Source of the DNA: an uncultured Peptostreptococcaceae bacterium
GTDB lineage: Bacteria; Bacillota; Clostridia; Peptostreptococcales; Anaerovoracaceae
Length of the DNA: 64,000 bases
Reading direction: 5' to 3'
Assembly (NCBI GenBank): GCA_910588185.1
Contig: CAJUQR010000004.1
Coordinates: 146,248 to 210,247, forward strand
A model generated the notes under the pieces. The model ran no database searches. It was not told where the DNA came from and saw only the letters and a list, made by a program, of their open reading frames with translations. Made by a program: the position numbers and the translations under genes. How positions within the stretch are numbered: the stretch's first letter is position 1; each line of letters starts with the position of its first letter. Of this stretch, positions 26,699-37,123 are shown piece by piece.

Positions 26699-27475
26699 AT
26701 GAAAATAGGATTTGTAGGAATGGGTAATATGGCAAAGGCTCTTGCTATCGGGTTCATAAAATCGGGATATTTAGATTGCAAAGATGTGTTTGCTTATGCA
26801 CCTAATCAGGAAAAGCTGAGAAAGAACTCTCAAAAAATCGGTTTTATACCTTGCAGCAGTGCCGGTGAGCTATCACAGTCTTGCGATGTAGTGTTTGCTG
26901 CTTGTAAACCTTATCAGATGGAAAAGGTTTTCGGAGCAATAAAAGATGAACTAAAGGGCAAGACTGTAGTATCTGTGGCAGCGGGCTGGGATTTCGAAAA
27001 GCTGAGCTGTCTGCTTGGAGATGAAGTAAAAGTTCAATACATATTGCCTAATACTCCTGTAGAAATATGTAATGGTGTAATAGTCATGGAGAATGTCAGC
27101 AACATGGGTCAAGATGAGAGATTAAAAGTTAAAAAGCTTCTTGAGAGTGTGGGCAAAGTAGTAGAGTTGCCCGGAAATATTATGGGCGCCGCATCGTCGG
27201 TTTCCGGCTGTGGTCCGGCATTTATCGCTATGGTTATAGAAGGACTGGCAGATGGAGCTGTAAAGAATGGAGTGCCTAGAGCACAAGCATATGAGCTGGT
27301 ATGCAGTATGATGATAGGAACCGCTAAGCTTCAGCTTGAAACAGGAACTCATCCCGGAGAAATGAAGGATAATGTATGTTCGCCTGGAGGTTCAACTATA
27401 CGAGGCGTTTCCGCTTTAGAAGAAGCAGGACTGCGCAATGCTTTGATAAAGGCTGTAGATGCGTCAATTAACTGA
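26699..27475 (+). CDS. proC: Pyrroline-5-carboxylate reductase
   Basis: N-terminal GFVGMGNMA Rossmann motif and C-terminal SPGGSTI. Confidence 0.9.
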   Translation: MKIGFVGMGNMAKALAIGFIKSGYLDCKDVFAYAPNQEKLRKNSQKIGFIPCSSAGELSQSCDVVFAACKPYQMEKVFGAIKDELKGKTVVSVAAGWDFEKLSCLLGDEVKVQYILPNTPVEICNGVIVMENVSNMGQDERLKVKKLLESVGKVVELPGNIMGAASSVSGCGPAFIAMVIEGLADGAVKNGVPRAQAYELVCSMMIGTAKLQLETGTHPGEMKDNVCSPGGSTIRGVSALEEAGLRNALIKAVDASIN

Positions 27476-27556
27476 TATTATATCCTTTATTTAGAATAGT
27501 TTTCTGTTAAATGGGAAAAGTATCCTAGAGGAAAACTATTATAGAGGAGGATTATT

Positions 27557-28090
27557 ATGGAATTAAAAGGTTCAAAAACTGAAGCTAATCTGATGGCAGC
27601 TTTCGCCGGTGAGTCGCAAGCAAGAAATAAATATACTTTTTATGCGAGTACTGCTAAAAATGAGGGGTTTGAACAGATAGCAGCTTTTTTTCAAAAGACC
27701 GCTGACAATGAAAAAGAACATGCTGAGATTTGGTTTAAAGCCCTTTCAGGAATAGGTGATACGCCGGCTAATCTGCTTGCAGGTGTTGCAGGGGAGAATT
27801 ATGAGTGGACCATAATGTATGACCAGTTTGCTAAAGATGCAGAGGAAGAAGGATTTACTGAATTGGCAGCTAAGTTCAGAATGGTCGGAGCGGTAGAAAA
27901 GTCTCATGAGGAAAGATATCAGAAGCTTTTGGAAAATGTGAGAGCCGGCAAGGTGTTTAACAAAGACGGAGAGGTTATGTGGGAATGCCGCAACTGCGGA
28001 CATCTTCATTTTGGCAAGAGTGCGCCGCAGATTTGTCCAGTATGCGAACATCTTCAGTCTTTCTTCCAGGTTAAAGAAGAAAATTATTAA
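27557..28090 (+). CDS. rbr: Rubrerythrin
   Basis: Ferritin-like diiron domain (ExxH motifs) plus a C-terminal rubredoxin CxxC...CPVC. Confidence 0.9.
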   Translation: MELKGSKTEANLMAAFAGESQARNKYTFYASTAKNEGFEQIAAFFQKTADNEKEHAEIWFKALSGIGDTPANLLAGVAGENYEWTIMYDQFAKDAEEEGFTELAAKFRMVGAVEKSHEERYQKLLENVRAGKVFNKDGEVMWECRNCGHLHFGKSAPQICPVCEHLQSFFQVKEENY

Positions 28091-28101
28091 TTTAGATTAT
28101 A

Positions 28102-28122
28102 GGGTCCGGCTATGCCGGGCCT
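28102..28122 (+). terminator. Terminator-like hairpin after rbr
   Basis: GGTCCGGC/GCCGGGCC stem with a weak T-tail. Confidence 0.4.
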
Positions 28123-28152
28123 GTTAATTGAGTTTTTACAAAGGAATAAAAT

Positions 28153-28848
28153 ATGGAACAGATAACAAAACGTCTAATGGAACTGCAAGATTTAAAATAC
28201 AGGGACTTTCACAGCAAACTTATGCCTGGCATAGATAAAGAGCTTGTTATAGGGGTGAGAAGCCCTGATATAAAAAAACTTGCTAAAAATTTACTTAAAG
28301 AAGACAAAGATATGGTATTAGAGTTTATGCACAAGCTTCCGCATCGTTACTATGAAGAAAATAACCTTCACGGTGCGTTTATAGGTTTGATTGCAAAAAC
28401 GCCCTGCGAAGCTCTAAAAATGATAGATGAATTTTTGCCTTATGTGGATAATTGGGCAACTTGTGACACTCTTCCGCCAAAGATATTTAAGAAAGATTTA
28501 AACCTTATTAGGGCGCATGTGATGCCTTGGCTTTACAGCAGCGAAACATATAGAGTGAGATTTGCCATAGTTACAATGCTCGGATATCTGCTTGAAGATG
28601 AGTTTGATGCCTGCGACCTTTATATCCTTGCAAAAATAAATACTGAGGAGTATTATATCAACATGGCTATAGCGTGGTACTATAGTTTTGCTTTGATTAA
28701 ACAGTATGAAGATACCATAAAAGTATTTGAAGAAAAGATACTAGGTACATGGGTACATAACAAAGCTATTCAAAAAGCAATAGAAAGTTATAGAATTACA
28801 TCAGAGCAAAAGGAATATTTGAGAACATTAAAAATAAAAAAATGTTAG
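28153..28848 (+). CDS. DNA alkylation repair protein (AlkD-like HEAT-repeat family)
   Basis: Family-typical length, helical repeats and the WATCD motif. Confidence 0.7.
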   Translation: MEQITKRLMELQDLKYRDFHSKLMPGIDKELVIGVRSPDIKKLAKNLLKEDKDMVLEFMHKLPHRYYEENNLHGAFIGLIAKTPCEALKMIDEFLPYVDNWATCDTLPPKIFKKDLNLIRAHVMPWLYSSETYRVRFAIVTMLGYLLEDEFDACDLYILAKINTEEYYINMAIAWYYSFALIKQYEDTIKVFEEKILGTWVHNKAIQKAIESYRITSEQKEYLRTLKIKKC

Positions 28849-28864
28849 AGCAAAGGAGATTAAA

Positions 28865-29605
28865 ATGAAAAATAAATATATTTGTGATTTTGAACTCAAT
28901 ACATATTGCTGTGACAGCAACAAGATTTTAAAGCCGTCTGGGGCGTTGCAGGCTTTGCAGGAAGCAGGACGCAAGCAGATGGCGGCTCAAAAACCTTCAT
29001 ATGAAGATATACTTGAAGATGGCAAAGCCCTTATGCTCAGCCGCCTTGATATGAAGATATATGATGAGGTTTATACGGGCGAAAATACTACGGTGAGTTC
29101 TTGGCCTTGTGAAAGCAGCAGGGCTACTTTTCTGAGAATGTATCAGATGATTAGAGATGATAAGATAGTTGCCGAAATTTCAAGTCAATGGGTTCTCGTA
29201 GAGTTTGAGACGAGACGTATACTTAAGGTTGAGGAAATAGATTTTTCTAATTATTATATGGGAGAGTACAGGGAACTAATACCTGAGAAATTTAGAATTT
29301 CTAAAGACATGCTATTTGAGAAAGTAGCAGAATTTGAAGTAATGTACAGCAATCTTGATTCCAATAAACATATGAATAACACTTATTATTTGGACATGTT
29401 GTGCAACTATATTCCTGAGCTTGCTGATGGAACTCACAGGGTGGAAACGGTACGCACTCATTATTCAAAGGAAGCTCCGCTGGGTGATAGATTGGCCATA
29501 ATGAGGGTTAAAGAAGATAATGATAAATATATATTCAAAACTATTAAAGCCAATGGAGAAGTTAATATAGAAGCTGAAATAGGAGTTGTACCTATTAAGG
29601 GTTAA
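28865..29605 (+). CDS. Acyl-ACP thioesterase
   Basis: Double hot-dog layout with NKHMNNTYY in the second half. Confidence 0.7.
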   Translation: MKNKYICDFELNTYCCDSNKILKPSGALQALQEAGRKQMAAQKPSYEDILEDGKALMLSRLDMKIYDEVYTGENTTVSSWPCESSRATFLRMYQMIRDDKIVAEISSQWVLVEFETRRILKVEEIDFSNYYMGEYRELIPEKFRISKDMLFEKVAEFEVMYSNLDSNKHMNNTYYLDMLCNYIPELADGTHRVETVRTHYSKEAPLGDRLAIMRVKEDNDKYIFKTIKANGEVNIEAEIGVVPIKG

Positions 29606-29640
29606 CGTTAAAAAAGGCTATGAAAAAAAGTTATTAACAA

Positions 29641-29672
29641 AATAAGGGATGTGATATATCACATCCCTTATT
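29641..29672. terminator. Bidirectional terminator between convergent genes
   Basis: Near-perfect 15-bp palindrome AATAAGGGATGTGAT/ATCACATCCCTTATT. Confidence 0.7.
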
Positions 29673-29698
29673 GAATATCGATTATTTGCTGTTTTTAT

Positions 29699-30544
29699 TT
29701 AATCATCATATTCATAATCAAATTCAAGAATTTTTCCTGATACTGCATGGATAGTATATTCATATTCTATATTATCTTTAATGAACTCTATTTCATATAC
29801 CATTATATCATCATCGTTTTCAAACTTAGCCTTTGATAAATATACCTCGTTAGCTGAAAAACCCGCATGGCTCAGTGCGAGACTCTTTGCTTTTTCAATG
29901 TTGATATATGAGTTGTTGTTTTCTTTCTGAGGATGCTGAGAAGCTTGCAGGGGTTCTATGCGCTTCTCATGAATAGCTCCAGTGTTTGCATTAATCTCAT
30001 AATCATATTCGTTGTCAGCGGTATAAAAATCGATTTCATATACAGCTATACCGTCATCGGTATCTAATTTTTGTTCTGTAAATGTTGCATTACTAGTTTT
30101 TACTTTAGCATCATCAAGCGCTTTGGATTTTGCAGCATCTATGCCAATATATTTATCTGTCTGTGTTGATGCTGAAGGTTGACTTTGCGTATTTTCTTGT
30201 GAGATATAATTGTTCACAATTGTTGCTTTACGTGAAAGAACAGTTCCGTTAGATGCTTTGATTATATAATCATATTCAATGCCGTCAGATGTAAATTCTA
30301 CCTCATATACAAAACTTCCTTTTTCAAACTCAAATTCTGTAGTAGTAAATGTAGCATTTTCTTTGGATACGCCAGCATCGGACAAAGCTTTTTCCTGAGC
30401 AGAAACTGTTCCTATAGAATTGCTTTTAGCTATTTCTTCTGCCGCAAACGTAGTCATTGTTCCGGCAACTGCTAAACCGGCAGTAATGCAGACAATAGTT
30501 AATATTGTTTTTTTTGGTGTCGAAAATAAAGATTTCAGTTTCAT
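29699..30544 (-). CDS. Secreted PepSY-domain repeat protein
   Basis: Signal peptide and three tandem modules with the pattern F..E.E..DG..VYE.EF. The start is moved to the ATG at 30544 (AGGAG 9 nt upstream) because the listed GTG overlaps the RBS. Confidence 0.75.
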   Translation of the reverse strand: MKLKSLFSTPKKTILTIVCITAGLAVAGTMTTFAAEEIAKSNSIGTVSAQEKALSDAGVSKENATFTTTEFEFEKGSFVYEVEFTSDGIEYDYIIKASNGTVLSRKATIVNNYISQENTQSQPSASTQTDKYIGIDAAKSKALDDAKVKTSNATFTEQKLDTDDGIAVYEIDFYTADNEYDYEINANTGAIHEKRIEPLQASQHPQKENNNSYINIEKAKSLALSHAGFSANEVYLSKAKFENDDDIMVYEIEFIKDNIEYEYTIHAVSGKILEFDYEYDD

Positions 30545-30611
30545 AAAAAATACTCCTTTCACCTAGTGTATTTTTATTATAAGATACAAAGATGAAAGGA
30601 ATATTAAAGCA

Positions 30612-32024
30612 TTAAATTTTTTCATGAATTTTAAAAATAAATTTGCTCCCTTTACCAAGCTCACTTTCGACTGTGATATTACTTTTGTGTAATTGGGCAA
30701 TTTCTTTTGCCATTGATAGTCCAAGACCAGTTCCTTGGATATTACGTGAAGAATCTGCTTGATAAAAGCGATTAAATATCTTATCTATCTGCTCCTGTGT
30801 CATCCCAATTCCATCATCAGATACAATAAGCAATGCCATTTTATCATGTCGCTTGAGTTTTACATTTATATGTCCATTTTCATTGCCATATCTATAAGCG
30901 TTGCTTATAAGATTGATAATTAAGCGACTTAGCAATTCTTGATTACCGTTGACAATGATATCGTTTTCTACTTCACAGATAAGTGTAATGTTCTTTTCAT
31001 GGAGCATTGCAAGATCTTCGCATATTGACGCAGTAAGAGTGGAAAAGTTTAATGGTTCTATTTGGTAAAATTCAGCCTTTGTTTCAAGGCGAGTAAAATT
31101 CAGCATATCTTCTATTATCTTGGACATTTTTTTACTTTGGCGTGAAATTACTCCCAGTGCTTCCTTATATTCTTCTAAACTTTTGTTTCCGTCTAACGTA
31201 TATTCACACTGAGCTCGTATAACACTTATAGGGGTACGCAGTTCATGGGAGACATCCGAAGTAAACTGTGCTTCTGTTTCAAAGGACTGTTCAAGTCTGT
31301 CAAACATTTCATCAAATGTGTTGGCCAGCATGTGGAGTTCATCATTTCCAGATTCTATAGCAATTCGTTTTTTTAGGTCTCGCCCGCTGTAAATTTTTGT
31401 GGCTGTTTCAGTAATATATTTGATAGGTCTTAAAACACGACCAGCAATTATATATCCTCCTAAAACAGCAAAAATTAATAATAGAGGCATTCCAATTAAA
31501 GAAAGAACTGCAACAGAAGATAGCTTGTCATCTTCTTGATGCTTAGGAACTGTCCCACGCAGCCATAATCCATCAAGACCTTTATTTGTAAGTTTTCGGT
31601 CAAAAACAAAGTATTCTATTCCTTTTACAGATATCGACTGAAGATGTCCGTCTGTTAATTGCATATAGGAAGATAGGGCAGGGACCGGGCTTTTTCCATA
31701 GAGAAGCTCTCCTTTATCAGTATAAAGTGCTGTAGCAATTCCATTTACTTCATCTAAAAAATCATCGTCTATTTCTAGAGCCCCTTCATTATAAGGTATA
31801 TATAGGTCGGTGTCGTCGTCATTCATAACTTCATCGATTGTATTGAAATATTCCACCTCATCAACATTATCTTCTACAAGTTTTATTAAATTATCACTTA
31901 CCATTCGATGTACGACCGTGCTGCTTACATATAGAATAACCAAAAATGTCAGTACTACCATAATAGACAGTGCAGCTGAAAACCAAAGGGTGATTTTCGT
32001 GCGAACAGATAATCCTTTTTTCAT
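30612..32024 (-). CDS. Sensor histidine kinase (two TM, HAMP, HisKA, HATPase_c)
   Basis: H-box SHELRTP and G-boxes DDGIGM / GTGLGLS. Start ATG 32024 forms an ATGA overlap with the response-regulator stop. Confidence 0.85.
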   Translation of the reverse strand: MKKGLSVRTKITLWFSAALSIMVVLTFLVILYVSSTVVHRMVSDNLIKLVEDNVDEVEYFNTIDEVMNDDDTDLYIPYNEGALEIDDDFLDEVNGIATALYTDKGELLYGKSPVPALSSYMQLTDGHLQSISVKGIEYFVFDRKLTNKGLDGLWLRGTVPKHQEDDKLSSVAVLSLIGMPLLLIFAVLGGYIIAGRVLRPIKYITETATKIYSGRDLKKRIAIESGNDELHMLANTFDEMFDRLEQSFETEAQFTSDVSHELRTPISVIRAQCEYTLDGNKSLEEYKEALGVISRQSKKMSKIIEDMLNFTRLETKAEFYQIEPLNFSTLTASICEDLAMLHEKNITLICEVENDIIVNGNQELLSRLIINLISNAYRYGNENGHINVKLKRHDKMALLIVSDDGIGMTQEQIDKIFNRFYQADSSRNIQGTGLGLSMAKEIAQLHKSNITVESELGKGSKFIFKIHEKI

Positions 32025-32695
32025 ATATTCTCCCGAAGTACGTATCCACAACCCCTTATAGTATGTATAAGTTTATTATCATAGTTGTCATCAATTTTTT
32101 TTCTCAGATATCTAATATATACATCGACAACATTAGTGCCGCCTTCGTATTCAAAATTCCATATATGATTTTCTATTTTTTCTCTGGATAAGACAATACC
32201 TTTGTTGTGCATTAGATATTCCAAAATTGCATATTCTTTGGCAGACAGTTTAATAATTTGACTGCCACGCTGTACAGTATGGGCAGCACAGTCCATTGTT
32301 AAATCAGCTATAGATAATATACTGTTTGTTATTTTAAACGTATTACGTGTTATTGCACGTAATCGTGCTGTTAACTCATCAAAAGAAAAAGGCTTAATAA
32401 GATAATCGTTAGCACCGCTATCAAGACCTTTCACTCGATCGGTTACCGAATCTCGTGCTGTAAGAAATATTACAGGAAAATCTTTTCCGGATTGCCGCAG
32501 CTGGCGCAAAACTTCAAATCCGTCTATTTTTGGCATCATTACATCTAGAATTACAGCATCATAGTCTGCAGTAAAGAGAAAATCCAAGGCCTCCTCACCA
32601 TTGAAACAACTGTCTACACTATATCCGTCAGAAGTGAGTTTTTTTGTTATAATGTTATTGAGATCATGTTCATCTTCTGCCAGTAAAATACGCAT
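32021..32695 (-). CDS. OmpR-family response regulator
   Basis: Receiver domain (ILLAEDE, DVMMP) plus a winged-helix output. The start is moved to ATG 32695, downstream of AGGAGG. Confidence 0.9.
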   Translation of the reverse strand: MRILLAEDEHDLNNIITKKLTSDGYSVDSCFNGEEALDFLFTADYDAVILDVMMPKIDGFEVLRQLRQSGKDFPVIFLTARDSVTDRVKGLDSGANDYLIKPFSFDELTARLRAITRNTFKITNSILSIADLTMDCAAHTVQRGSQIIKLSAKEYAILEYLMHNKGIVLSREKIENHIWNFEYEGGTNVVDVYIRYLRKKIDDNYDNKLIHTIRGCGYVLRENI

Positions 32696-32766
32696 TGTAT
32701 GCACCTCCTTTTATCTAAGGATAACAGGCAAAGATTAAATTTATATTAAATCTATTTTATTTGTGA

Positions 32767-35706
32767 TTATTCTATTGATTTAAGAGATTCCGTCATGCTG
32801 ATTTTATTTATCTTGTAGTACATGACAAAGTTTACAATTGCGGCGAACGCAAATGTGCCTAAAACACCGATTATATAGCTTGAAGGTTCAATATGAACAT
32901 CAAAACTGAGCAAATCTATTTTGACTCTGCTCATCACAAAAGCATGAAGGGCAGTGCCCAGAGGTAGCCCTACAAGGGCAGAAATAGCTGTTAGAACGAT
33001 GTTTTCACGGAAAACGTATGAAGATGTCTCCGAAGGATAAAATCCAAGAACTTTGATTGTAGCGATTTCTCTGATTCTTTCAGTAATATTTATATTGGTC
33101 AGGTTATATAAAACTATGAAAGCAAGAGCACCGGCGCATAATACTATGAGAGCCACTATATAGTCAAGACTTGTCATCATATTATCTATGCGGTCTTTAA
33201 AATCTTGAGTTACAGATACCGAGGACACATGTTTTGCATCCATGAGTTTTGAACCTATTTCGTGGGCAGTGCCTGGCTGTTCTGATTTGCCATAGTCTGC
33301 CAGAACATAGGCAGAGTTAATTTCCGTGTATCCGTATATATCATTGTATGTTTCATCGTTTATATATAGATAGTTATAGACATAATTATCACAGAGACCT
33401 GTTATTTTGACAGTTATTTCTTTTTGATTGCTGTCATAAACAGATAGTGAATCACCTGGCTTTATATTTAAGGTTTCAGCCAGATTTGTGTTTATAATGC
33501 CTTCACCTTTTTTTGGATATTCAAGTTTTCCTTCATCATTATGAAAATCAATAAAATCTGATATATCATTGTCTTTATCACATACGACAAGGTTTACGGA
33601 TTTAATTGTGCCATTGCTACGGGCGTCTACGGTGCCTGTATATAAGAATAATGCTGAGTCTATTATATCTTTGTTTTCTTCTTCAAATTCTTTTATATCT
33701 TGAGACGACATTGATTTGTTAAATGTGACAGAGTAGTCTACATGATATATTTCGTCGTATTGAATTGATACAACATTTTCTATGGAATCTTTAACGCCAA
33801 GGCCTGTGACAAGCAATGCAGTGCAGCCGCATATGCCAATGACCATCATAAAAAATCTTTTCTTATATCTAAAAATATTTCTTGCAGATACCTTATGCAA
33901 AAATTTCAATTTATCCCAAATGAAAGGCAATCTTTCAAGAAAAATCCTTTTTCCGGCAGCCGGAGCCTTTGGTCTTATAAGCTCTGCCGGAACTTGTGAA
34001 AGTTCGTGATAACATGAATAAATGGTGGTACCCACTGCACAAAGTATGGCTGCTAACAGTGCAAGCCCTCCTGTAAGCCAATCAAATACAAATATTACGT
34101 CAGAAAAACCGTATAACATACCATAAGCTTCCCATATGACATATGTGAATAAGTATGTTCCTCCGAAAAAGCCGCCTATACCGCCTATTATCGCTGAGCT
34201 TGATGAGTAAAATATATATTTTGAAAGAATTTGGCTTCTGCTGTATCCGAGAGCTTTAAGCACGCCTATTTGCGTACGTTGTTCATCTATCATGCGGCTC
34301 ATGGTGGTCATGCATACTAAAGCGGCAACTAAGAAGAAAAATACAGGAAACACTTTGGCGATTCCTTCTACAATGCTGGTATCGTTTTCAAAACACACAT
34401 ATCCTATATTGGTATTCCTGTCAAGAACATAGTCATCCGGATGCTCTATTTTGTCTATTTCGATTTGAGCATCGTTGAGTTTTGTTTTTGCTTTTTCTAT
34501 TTCTGTACGGCCTTTTTCAACCTCTATATAGCCGTTCTGAAGCTTTACTTCTCCGTCTTCAACTTGTTTTAAACCTGAGTTTATATCTGCTTGGCTTGTT
34601 GTTAGCTGGATTTTGGAACGTTCAAGTTCTTGCCATGCTGTTTCAAACTCAGCATCAGCCTGTCTTTTTTGATATTCATATTGTTCAGGAGTTATTAGTT
34701 GTAGTTGATAGGCAGTTTCAAGCTGGCTGTAGACCTCCGCTTTTTTTGATTCGTATTGACTGACGCCTATTTCGTAATCTTTAAACCCTTGATCAATTTT
34801 TGCCTGTGCGTCTGAGAGCTCTTTTCTTGTGTTTTCTAATTTTGTTTTAGAATCAATGAGGTTTTTTTCTGCTTTTGCAAGATCTGATTCGGAGTTTTTA
34901 AGTTTTAATGCTGCTTCATCAACTTCTGATTGAGCTTCATCTATTATCTTGTTATATCTTCTTTCGGAGCATTTTGCCAATGCTTCTTCTAACGGTAATT
35001 TACTGTCTTCACAGGATTCCTTATATTCATCACTGAATATAAATGCAGAAGTGTTAAGCTTTACATATATTTCTGTGTAGATTTCAGAATCCCATCCGTT
35101 TTCAGGAATGAGCAAAAAACAGTCTATTTTGCCGTTCCCTATTGAGGAAGAACCACGCTCAAAATTCATATACAGGGGGCTGTCTGCAATACCGGTTATA
35201 GTGTATGTGTCATAGACAAGCATATCTGAAGCTTCTTTTTTATTAGAAGAGCTGATTTTGATTTTTTTACCTATATCTTCTTTAGTAAAATATTGAGCGT
35301 CTGCGAGACATTCATCAGCTGAAACAGGCATTTTACCGGACTTTAAAGAGGGTGTATTGATGTTTTTAGATATGGTATGGAATTTCGATACGATTTCGCC
35401 GGAATTTTCTTCGTCTATGCTTACCAGCAAATCTGCCGAATATGAGCCCTCAGCTGTCTTTACATTGTTTACCTTTTGGATTTCTGATACGTCTTCGGAT
35501 TCCAGACCAAGAGTTGACATCAGCTGGAAATCAAATAAATTGTGTTCAGCAAGATAGGTGTTACCTGTCTCAAGGAAAGCAGCTTTGCAGACTTTCAGGC
35601 CTGAAAAAAAGCCTACTCCCAAAGCTACGATGGCTAAAATGGCAAACCATCTGCCAAAACTGCCTTTTATTTCTCTAAAGGTGGATTTAATCATTGTGTT
35701 TTTCAT
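32767..35706 (-). CDS. FtsX/MacB-type ABC permease, 979 aa, two FtsX modules and a long extracytoplasmic coiled-coil
   Basis: TM clusters at both ends and in the centre. Heptad-rich segment of about 170 aa (SEVDEAALKLKNSESDLAKAEKNL...). Confidence 0.85.
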   Translation of the reverse strand: MKNTMIKSTFREIKGSFGRWFAILAIVALGVGFFSGLKVCKAAFLETGNTYLAEHNLFDFQLMSTLGLESEDVSEIQKVNNVKTAEGSYSADLLVSIDEENSGEIVSKFHTISKNINTPSLKSGKMPVSADECLADAQYFTKEDIGKKIKISSSNKKEASDMLVYDTYTITGIADSPLYMNFERGSSSIGNGKIDCFLLIPENGWDSEIYTEIYVKLNTSAFIFSDEYKESCEDSKLPLEEALAKCSERRYNKIIDEAQSEVDEAALKLKNSESDLAKAEKNLIDSKTKLENTRKELSDAQAKIDQGFKDYEIGVSQYESKKAEVYSQLETAYQLQLITPEQYEYQKRQADAEFETAWQELERSKIQLTTSQADINSGLKQVEDGEVKLQNGYIEVEKGRTEIEKAKTKLNDAQIEIDKIEHPDDYVLDRNTNIGYVCFENDTSIVEGIAKVFPVFFFLVAALVCMTTMSRMIDEQRTQIGVLKALGYSRSQILSKYIFYSSSSAIIGGIGGFFGGTYLFTYVIWEAYGMLYGFSDVIFVFDWLTGGLALLAAILCAVGTTIYSCYHELSQVPAELIRPKAPAAGKRIFLERLPFIWDKLKFLHKVSARNIFRYKKRFFMMVIGICGCTALLVTGLGVKDSIENVVSIQYDEIYHVDYSVTFNKSMSSQDIKEFEEENKDIIDSALFLYTGTVDARSNGTIKSVNLVVCDKDNDISDFIDFHNDEGKLEYPKKGEGIINTNLAETLNIKPGDSLSVYDSNQKEITVKITGLCDNYVYNYLYINDETYNDIYGYTEINSAYVLADYGKSEQPGTAHEIGSKLMDAKHVSSVSVTQDFKDRIDNMMTSLDYIVALIVLCAGALAFIVLYNLTNINITERIREIATIKVLGFYPSETSSYVFRENIVLTAISALVGLPLGTALHAFVMSRVKIDLLSFDVHIEPSSYIIGVLGTFAFAAIVNFVMYYKINKISMTESLKSIE

Positions 35707-35721
35707 TGACCCTGCCTCCCT

Positions 35722-36426
35722 TTACCATTCAATTTGATCTATAGGAAGAGGTGTCTTATTTATTTCTACTGAATCAACAGTACCGTTTTTTACATGAATG
35801 ATTCTATCAGCCATAGGTGCAATAGCAAGATTGTGAGTTATTATTATTACTGTCATGTTTGTTTGACGTGCTGTATCTTGAAGAAGCTTTAGAATTGCTT
35901 TGCCTGTGTTATAGTCCAGAGCTCCTGTAGGTTCGTCGCAAAGAAGTAATTTAGGATTTTTGGCCAGGGCTCTGGCTATAGCAACCCTTTGCTGTTCTCC
36001 GCCTGAAAGTTGAGAAGGAAAGTTGTTCAACCTATGTTCAAGGCCTACTTGCTTTAGGGCTTCCTTGGAATCCATAGGAGTTTTACATATCTGAGTAGCC
36101 AAAGATACATTTTCAACAGCAGTGAGGTTTTGAACCAAGTTGTAAAATTGGAATACAAAGCCTATGTCGTACCTTCTGTAAGAAGTAAGCTGTTTTTGAG
36201 TGTAGCTGGATATTTCATTGTCGTCGAGCCATACTTTACCTGATGTAAGAGTATCCATACCTCCAAGTATATTAAGAAGTGTTGTTTTTCCTGCGCCTGA
36301 AGGTCCAACTATTACGCATATTTCACCTTTGTTTATTTCAAAGGTAGCATCTCTAAGTGCCTCAATATCAACCTCTCCCATATGATAGACTTTTTTTACA
36401 TTTTCAAATTTCACAAAAGATTCCAT
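35722..36426 (-). CDS. ABC transporter ATP-binding protein (MacB/LolD-like)
   Basis: Walker [10 protein letters not shown], signature LSGGEQQR and Walker B LLLCDEP. The start is moved to ATG 36426 after AGGAGG. Confidence 0.9.
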   Translation of the reverse strand: MESFVKFENVKKVYHMGEVDIEALRDATFEINKGEICVIVGPSGAGKTTLLNILGGMDTLTSGKVWLDDNEISSYTQKQLTSYRRYDIGFVFQFYNLVQNLTAVENVSLATQICKTPMDSKEALKQVGLEHRLNNFPSQLSGGEQQRVAIARALAKNPKLLLCDEPTGALDYNTGKAILKLLQDTARQTNMTVIIITHNLAIAPMADRIIHVKNGTVDSVEINKTPLPIDQIEW

Positions 36427-36584
36427 TAGCTGCCTCCTCGTTTTCACTTATATAAAGTATAACATACTTATAATCGTTAAAAAAAGAGTAAAGGTCGTCC
36501 AAAAAGTGAAAAAATTACAATGATACTTTGCTTTTTTTATAAAATATGATAAAATTGACAATAATGTAGCAAGAGGTCAAGCTT

Positions 36585-36800
36585 ATGAAGCAGTTTTTAG
36601 AAGAAAAATTAAACATAGTACATGATGGAGTAGTTCATGTAAACGAGCTTATTGCGATGGCTATAGTAGTGGTCTTACTGCTGCTTATTGTTTTAGCCAT
36701 CCGAGATTCAGTTAAAAAGCGAAAAAATAAAGAGACAACTATATTTAGTCATAGAAAGAACAAGTATAAGAGCAGATTAGGTAAAAAAAATAAATATTAA
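36585..36800 (+). CDS. Possible small membrane protein (71 aa, one TM, basic tail)
   Basis: RBS AGAGG and TM segment AMAIVVVLLLLIVLAI. No homology evidence. Confidence 0.3.
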   Translation: MKQFLEEKLNIVHDGVVHVNELIAMAIVVVLLLLIVLAIRDSVKKRKNKETTIFSHRKNKYKSRLGKKNKY

Positions 36801-37001
36801 AAAGTATAGAGTTTGAGATTAAGACCAAATCCTGTGTTAACAGGGTTTGGTTTTTTAGTAGTCGAAAGTTTGTTTTTAAAGCACTTGATTGAAAAATTTT
36901 TAAAATTTTTTGTAAAAAGTCAACAAAACGTGTTTTTTGATACAATTTTTGTATTATGATAAGCGATATGTTGAAAAAGGTGGAAGATTTCATTATATTT
37001 T

Positions 37002-37027
37002 GTCAACAATATGGAAGATTTGTTGAC
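37002..37027. promoter_or_regulatory. Perfect inverted repeat GTCAACAA-N10-TTGTTGAC (operator-like)
   Basis: Read directly from the sequence. The same 8-mer also occurs at 36919-36926 (minus) and 7125-7132 (plus). Confidence 0.3.
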
Positions 37028-37053
37028 TTTTTTATTGTGTTTAATCATAAAAT

Positions 37054-37086
37054 GTCAAAGAGGCTGCTAACGGCAGCCTCTTTGAC
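37054..37086 (-). terminator. Terminator hairpin, likely for the Cys-rich gene
   Basis: 14-bp stem GTCAAAGAGGCTGC/GCAGCCTCTTTGAC, with a T-rich tail on the minus strand. Confidence 0.55.
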
Positions 37087-37094
37087 AAATATGT

Positions 37095-37122
37095 AACCCC
37101 GCGTATGCGGGGTTTGTTTTTA
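37095..37122 (+). terminator. Plus-strand rho-independent terminator abutting the stop codon of the minus-strand gene
   Basis: Stem AACCCCGC/GCGGGGTT followed by TGTTTTTATTT. Confidence 0.55.
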
Positions 37123-37123
37123 T

